DNA of 64,000 nucleotides from Bacillota bacterium (GTDB lineage Bacteria; Bacillota; Ch66; Ch109): NCBI GenBank assembly GCA_050952625.1, contig JBMNLH010000001.1, positions 1,632,001 to 1,696,000 of the forward strand, read 5' to 3'. Shown piece by piece: positions 60,742 to 64,000 of this stretch (position 1 is its first letter; each line of letters starts with the position of its first letter). The notes under the pieces were generated by a model. It saw only the letters and a program-made list of their open reading frames with translations, ran no database searches and was not told where the DNA came from. The position numbers and the translations under genes were made by a program.

Positions 60742-61647
60742 TTACCTCAAATATTGTATGGCAAGTGCAATTAGTGATAAACAACGATTGAAAAAATAGT
60801 CGTAATAACGGACATCAGTAATATCAATCCTATCAGTTTCATGATGCCGTATGCGATATTTATTTCCAATGTCCGTCAACACCTTAAATTCATTATTAAA
60901 CAAATCGGCAAAATCATCATTTCCGTTTGCCATATCATTTACTATTTTTTTGGATGAATGTTTCTTATCTAATGTTGTATAGTAAGTTTTTAGACGTTCT
61001 AACGCATCCCATATCTTTTCCACTGAATCTTGTCGTGCTGTTGGATTTGGTGTCTTATATAATGCAACAGCATCTTTCAACAACTCTCTTGTGCCTACCT
61101 CATGTACCGCTGCAAAAGTATTTTCAATTTCCGTTGTAAGTGGACTGTTTTCAACAATTCTTTCTATAATTTTTTCATCTGTAAGTTCATAAAGTAGCCC
61201 CGACTCAGTAAATATTTCATTTATTGCCTCCTGGAAATTTTCAAATACATCTGAAGAGTTATGGCAATCTATCGTTTTATAGTTTCGGTATCTCTCATTA
61301 TTCCATCGTTCTGAGATATCCTTAATATTTTGTGCAAAAAACTCAATAAGGTCTAAAAGTGCATACTGGTCATATTCATCGTCATATGCAGGGGCACAAA
61401 TTCTATCGTACTCATCCCGAAATAGAGAAGGGATTCTTATTTTAATTCTAGTTATAAATCCTTTTTCATCAAATGCAACATAGTCACTATCTGTAAAGTC
61501 ATGATGACAATTTAGAATGAAAATATGCGTTAAGTTTTTTTGATATCTTTTGCAGCAATCTAAAAGTAATGAATACATATCCCTGTTAATAGAATATGTC
61601 TTTTCCAGTGGTGCTCTTATACCATGTCTTTCAGAATATAATTTCAT
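60742..61647 (-). CDS. AbiJ-like protein with C-terminal HEPN-type motif (candidate abortive-infection gene)
   Basis: N-terminal YSERHG, LLDLIEF, C-terminal WDALERLKT and GNKYRIRHHE; start reassigned to 61647. Confidence 0.6.
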   Translation of the reverse strand: MKLYSERHGIRAPLEKTYSINRDMYSLLLDCCKRYQKNLTHIFILNCHHDFTDSDYVAFDEKGFITRIKIRIPSLFRDEYDRICAPAYDDEYDQYALLDLIEFFAQNIKDISERWNNERYRNYKTIDCHNSSDVFENFQEAINEIFTESGLLYELTDEKIIERIVENSPLTTEIENTFAAVHEVGTRELLKDAVALYKTPNPTARQDSVEKIWDALERLKTYYTTLDKKHSSKKIVNDMANGNDDFADLFNNEFKVLTDIGNKYRIRHHETDRIDITDVRYYDYFFNRCLSLIALAIQYLR

Positions 61648-61856
61648 AAGCCATCTTGTTACAGCCATCCCATAATGTCCATCAATAGACGGAGTATAAT
61701 GTCCGAAATATGACGGAGCCAATGACCAAAAATAAGGTGATATTCAATGTTAGTGCCAGTAATCCAAAAGGTAAGGTTTTGTACTATTGGTTCAGTTTTA
61801 GGCCCAAAGGATTCATGTTCGCTAAAGACGAAATGCGAATCCCTTGGGCTGATTGA

Positions 61857-62177
61857 TTATTTTAGGCTTATGATGTCGGAAAGAGCCTTATAGGCATAGG
61901 CCACGGTTATGCCATCGACTAAATTGTCTATTGCATTAGAGAGCTTTTCACTGTTATGACGAATATCATCTGGACTGCTGAGCCAACAACCGGCCTGGCG
62001 GTCAGGGATGCAGGCGAAAACTCCCGTGGTTGTTCTTCCTAACATGAGCAGGATGCTGGACCGACTCTGAATGAAGATCTCATAGTGACTTCCAAAGCCC
62101 TGAATCCTGGTTATTTTGCCTCCCCAGTCTTCCCGCTCACCTTCTCCCCAGTAATAGGAGCAGTAGAATCTCGTCAT
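61857..62177 (-). CDS. Small accessory protein of the transposon (hypothetical)
   Basis: ATGA-coupled to the ExeA ATPase; SRSS, ACIP motifs. Confidence 0.6.
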   Translation of the reverse strand: MTRFYCSYYWGEGEREDWGGKITRIQGFGSHYEIFIQSRSSILLMLGRTTTGVFACIPDRQAGCWLSSPDDIRHNSEKLSNAIDNLVDGITVAYAYKALSDIISLK

Positions 62178-62974
62178 GCTAATTCCCCCTGCACCACAAG
62201 TTTCACCATGTGGTCATCAATGATTCGACGACCGTTTTGGGCCCCATAGATCAGGCAATGGGTACAAACCTTGTTGATCAGGCGGGCGGCACCACTGGAA
62301 AACCGATAAACCTCGTCAAGCGCAGCCTCCGAGAAGATATCCCGGTCCGCACCAGCATACGCAAGGTGTCGGTTTACATACATTTCGACTTGGGAGCGAT
62401 CAAAGTGGGAGAGTTTGCACTGCAGGTCAATCCGCTGCCGAATGGCCGCGTAGGCCTGTAATTGAAATCTATCCCATAATTCACTTTGACCAACCAGGAT
62501 AAGGGCCATAGGACTGACGGCATCCATTTGAAAGTTGAGTAGAAAGCGAACTTCTTCCAGCATTTCACGATCTAATAAGTGGCTTTCATCTACCACGACA
62601 ACTGGCTGTAAATGATGGATGCCGCGCATGAGTTCAATTTGGCGATGCAGCTGGCGTTTGGCGTCACCACGGTAAAACTTAGCCTCACATCCGAGCTGCT
62701 CCAGTAACCCTTTATAGAAATGGCGGGGTGTCAGTTTGGAGTCCGCCAGATATAATAATTTAAAAGCGGCTGGATCAAGGGTATCCTTGAATCGACGGAT
62801 GATGGTGGTCTTGCCGGTGCCGCAATCTCCGGTGATCACCATGAATAACTGCCGTTTGGCGGCGTATTCCATCCGGCCCAGGGTTTCTTCTAACATGGCA
62901 GGAGTGAAAAGTTGGTCTGTCGGGATGTCCCTGGAAAATGGTGAGGCAGTCAATCCGTAAAATTCCTCAAACAT
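62174..62974 (-). CDS. ExeA-family AAA ATPase (transposition helper)
   Basis: FYGL...PF, GDCGTGKTT, VVDESH, LILVGQ, R.IN; start reassigned to 62974. Confidence 0.88.
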   Translation of the reverse strand: MFEEFYGLTASPFSRDIPTDQLFTPAMLEETLGRMEYAAKRQLFMVITGDCGTGKTTIIRRFKDTLDPAAFKLLYLADSKLTPRHFYKGLLEQLGCEAKFYRGDAKRQLHRQIELMRGIHHLQPVVVVDESHLLDREMLEEVRFLLNFQMDAVSPMALILVGQSELWDRFQLQAYAAIRQRIDLQCKLSHFDRSQVEMYVNRHLAYAGADRDIFSEAALDEVYRFSSGAARLINKVCTHCLIYGAQNGRRIIDDHMVKLVVQGELA

Positions 62975-64000
62975 TGCGGCCACCGTCCTTTCTCCGGTAG
63001 GACACCACTGGGATCTGCCGTTCTTTTCGTTGTTGGTTCTTTTGTTCGGCTGCGGCCAAAAGGCGGGAATTCTCAGCCGGTTGTGGCTGCAGGTGAGACG
63101 GTAGTTTTGGCCTTGGTCCGGTTCGTTCACCAATCACCAATTGTTTAGCGGTCCACGGAGCATGTCCTTCATACTCTAGGGTCAAGGTTGAAGTGTCGGA
63201 TGGATCATAGACCACGTTAACGGTCCGTCCAATGAAGGCTAGGCCAGCCTCGTACTTTTGATTCATGAAGCTGATGCAGCCTGATTTATCAACTTTACGT
63301 TCCTCACAGTGCAGGAAGGCGTCTCTAATGACTTCGGGATCCAGAAATCGGATTGGTTTGGCGTCACTATTATAGGCTACAGCCGGGCTGATATCTTTCC
63401 CTAAGGCAGAATGCGGTTTGTTTTGGTAGCATTCATCTAGCCATACCCAGAATAGTTCGTTGAGCCGATCTAAGGTTTGCGGTTTTTCTAACTGCGCTTC
63501 AGCAAAAAACGAATCTACTGTTCTGTTGAATTTTTCTACCTTGCCAGTGGCCTCCGGCGAGTAGGGTTTGGCAAATACCAGACGGATCCCCATTTTGGAG
63601 CAGGCCCGGGTCATCCATTTGGTGCGGTACTGTTTTCCGTTATCAAAGTAGACGGCGTCCGGAGCCCCGTATTTCATAATCACCTGTCGGAAGGCATCTT
63701 CGATGATGATCTGATCTAGGGTCGGGTAGAACTGGGCATGCAAAACATAACGGGTCGCGTCATCAATGAAAACAACCAGGTATACCTGTTTCTTCTCGCC
63801 ATTTGGACCGATTGGTAGATATGGCCCATATTTTATGTCCGAATGGATGAGTTGGTTGCGATACCGTTTCTGGAATCGGCGGGCAGCTACTCCATAATCG
63901 GCGTACAGCTTCATCTGTCGAGTGCTGTAGCCTTTTTCGGCTAACTTTTCCTGCAGGGTACTGCGTTTGATCTGCCCTGGTTTCACTAGTCCTTCCCATT
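62967..64000 (-). CDS. DDE integrase/transposase (rve core plus Mu-like C-terminus), 5' truncated by the window edge
   Basis: HSDIK, FIDDATR, YFDNG, GKVEKFN, PHSAL, RKVDKSGCISF. Confidence 0.9.
   Translation of the reverse strand, partial: WEGLVKPGQIKRSTLQEKLAEKGYSTRQMKLYADYGVAARRFQKRYRNQLIHSDIKYGPYLPIGPNGEKKQVYLVVFIDDATRYVLHAQFYPTLDQIIIEDAFRQVIMKYGAPDAVYFDNGKQYRTKWMTRACSKMGIRLVFAKPYSPEATGKVEKFNRTVDSFFAEAQLEKPQTLDRLNELFWVWLDECYQNKPHSALGKDISPAVAYNSDAKPIRFLDPEVIRDAFLHCEERKVDKSGCISFMNQKYEAGLAFIGRTVNVVYDPSDTSTLTLEYEGHAPWTAKQLVIGERTGPRPKLPSHLQPQPAENSRLLAAAEQKNQQRKERQIPVVSYRRKDGGRNV

Larger units (their letters stand above)
61657..64000 (-). mobile_element. DDE-transposase/ExeA-ATPase element (Mu-like), one end; extends beyond the window
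   Basis: Terminal TGT at 61657 followed by repeated ATAATGTCC and GACGGAG boxes; three coupled genes. Confidence 0.75.

Noticed and set aside
1-64000. tRNA, rRNA or tmRNA genes
   Set aside because: No cloverleaf with T-loop and CCA context or rRNA signature was recognised by eye; a tRNAscan/Infernal run would be needed to exclude them formally

Overview
64 kb from a low-GC Gram-positive anaerobe. The T-box leader, sigma-A promoters and copper-amine-oxidase-N-terminal surface proteins suggest Clostridia (Peptococcaceae/Syntrophomonadaceae-like), which is an inference. Housekeeping blocks are T-box-trpB2, a Ca-type P-ATPase, uppP, nagB, yigZ and a phoP-phoR-pstC-pstA-pstB-phoU-pstS cluster. 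Patchwork accessory DNA lies between them. About 5.9-28.5 kb holds two GntR/ABC/permease modules, two Phd-RelE toxin-antitoxin pairs, BlaI/M56, a type I R-M system and a small cassette bounded by 53-bp direct repeats. About 28.5-40.9 kb holds a decayed stand-alone gatB, frameshifted genes, Rpn and tyrosine-recombinase remnants, a WYL regulator and a GGDEF protein. About 48.9-64 kb holds an MFS gene, a tautomerase with an in-frame amber codon, a paired-V4R/cysteine-desulfurase cluster, a 5'-truncated LRR surface protein, a coupled two-gene glycine-zipper module, an AbiJ/HEPN-like gene and the end of a DDE-transposase/ExeA-ATPase element. Two dispersed hairpin repeat families (one nested) and many short gene scars that the ORF track misses are visible by eye. 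The best candidates for undescribed systems are the V4R-pair cluster (51.7-54.7 kb), the two-gene membrane module next to AbiJ (57.9-61.6 kb) and the direct-repeat-flanked ART-like cassette (19.7-20.7 kb). Family assignments are from motif recognition only; no searches were run.
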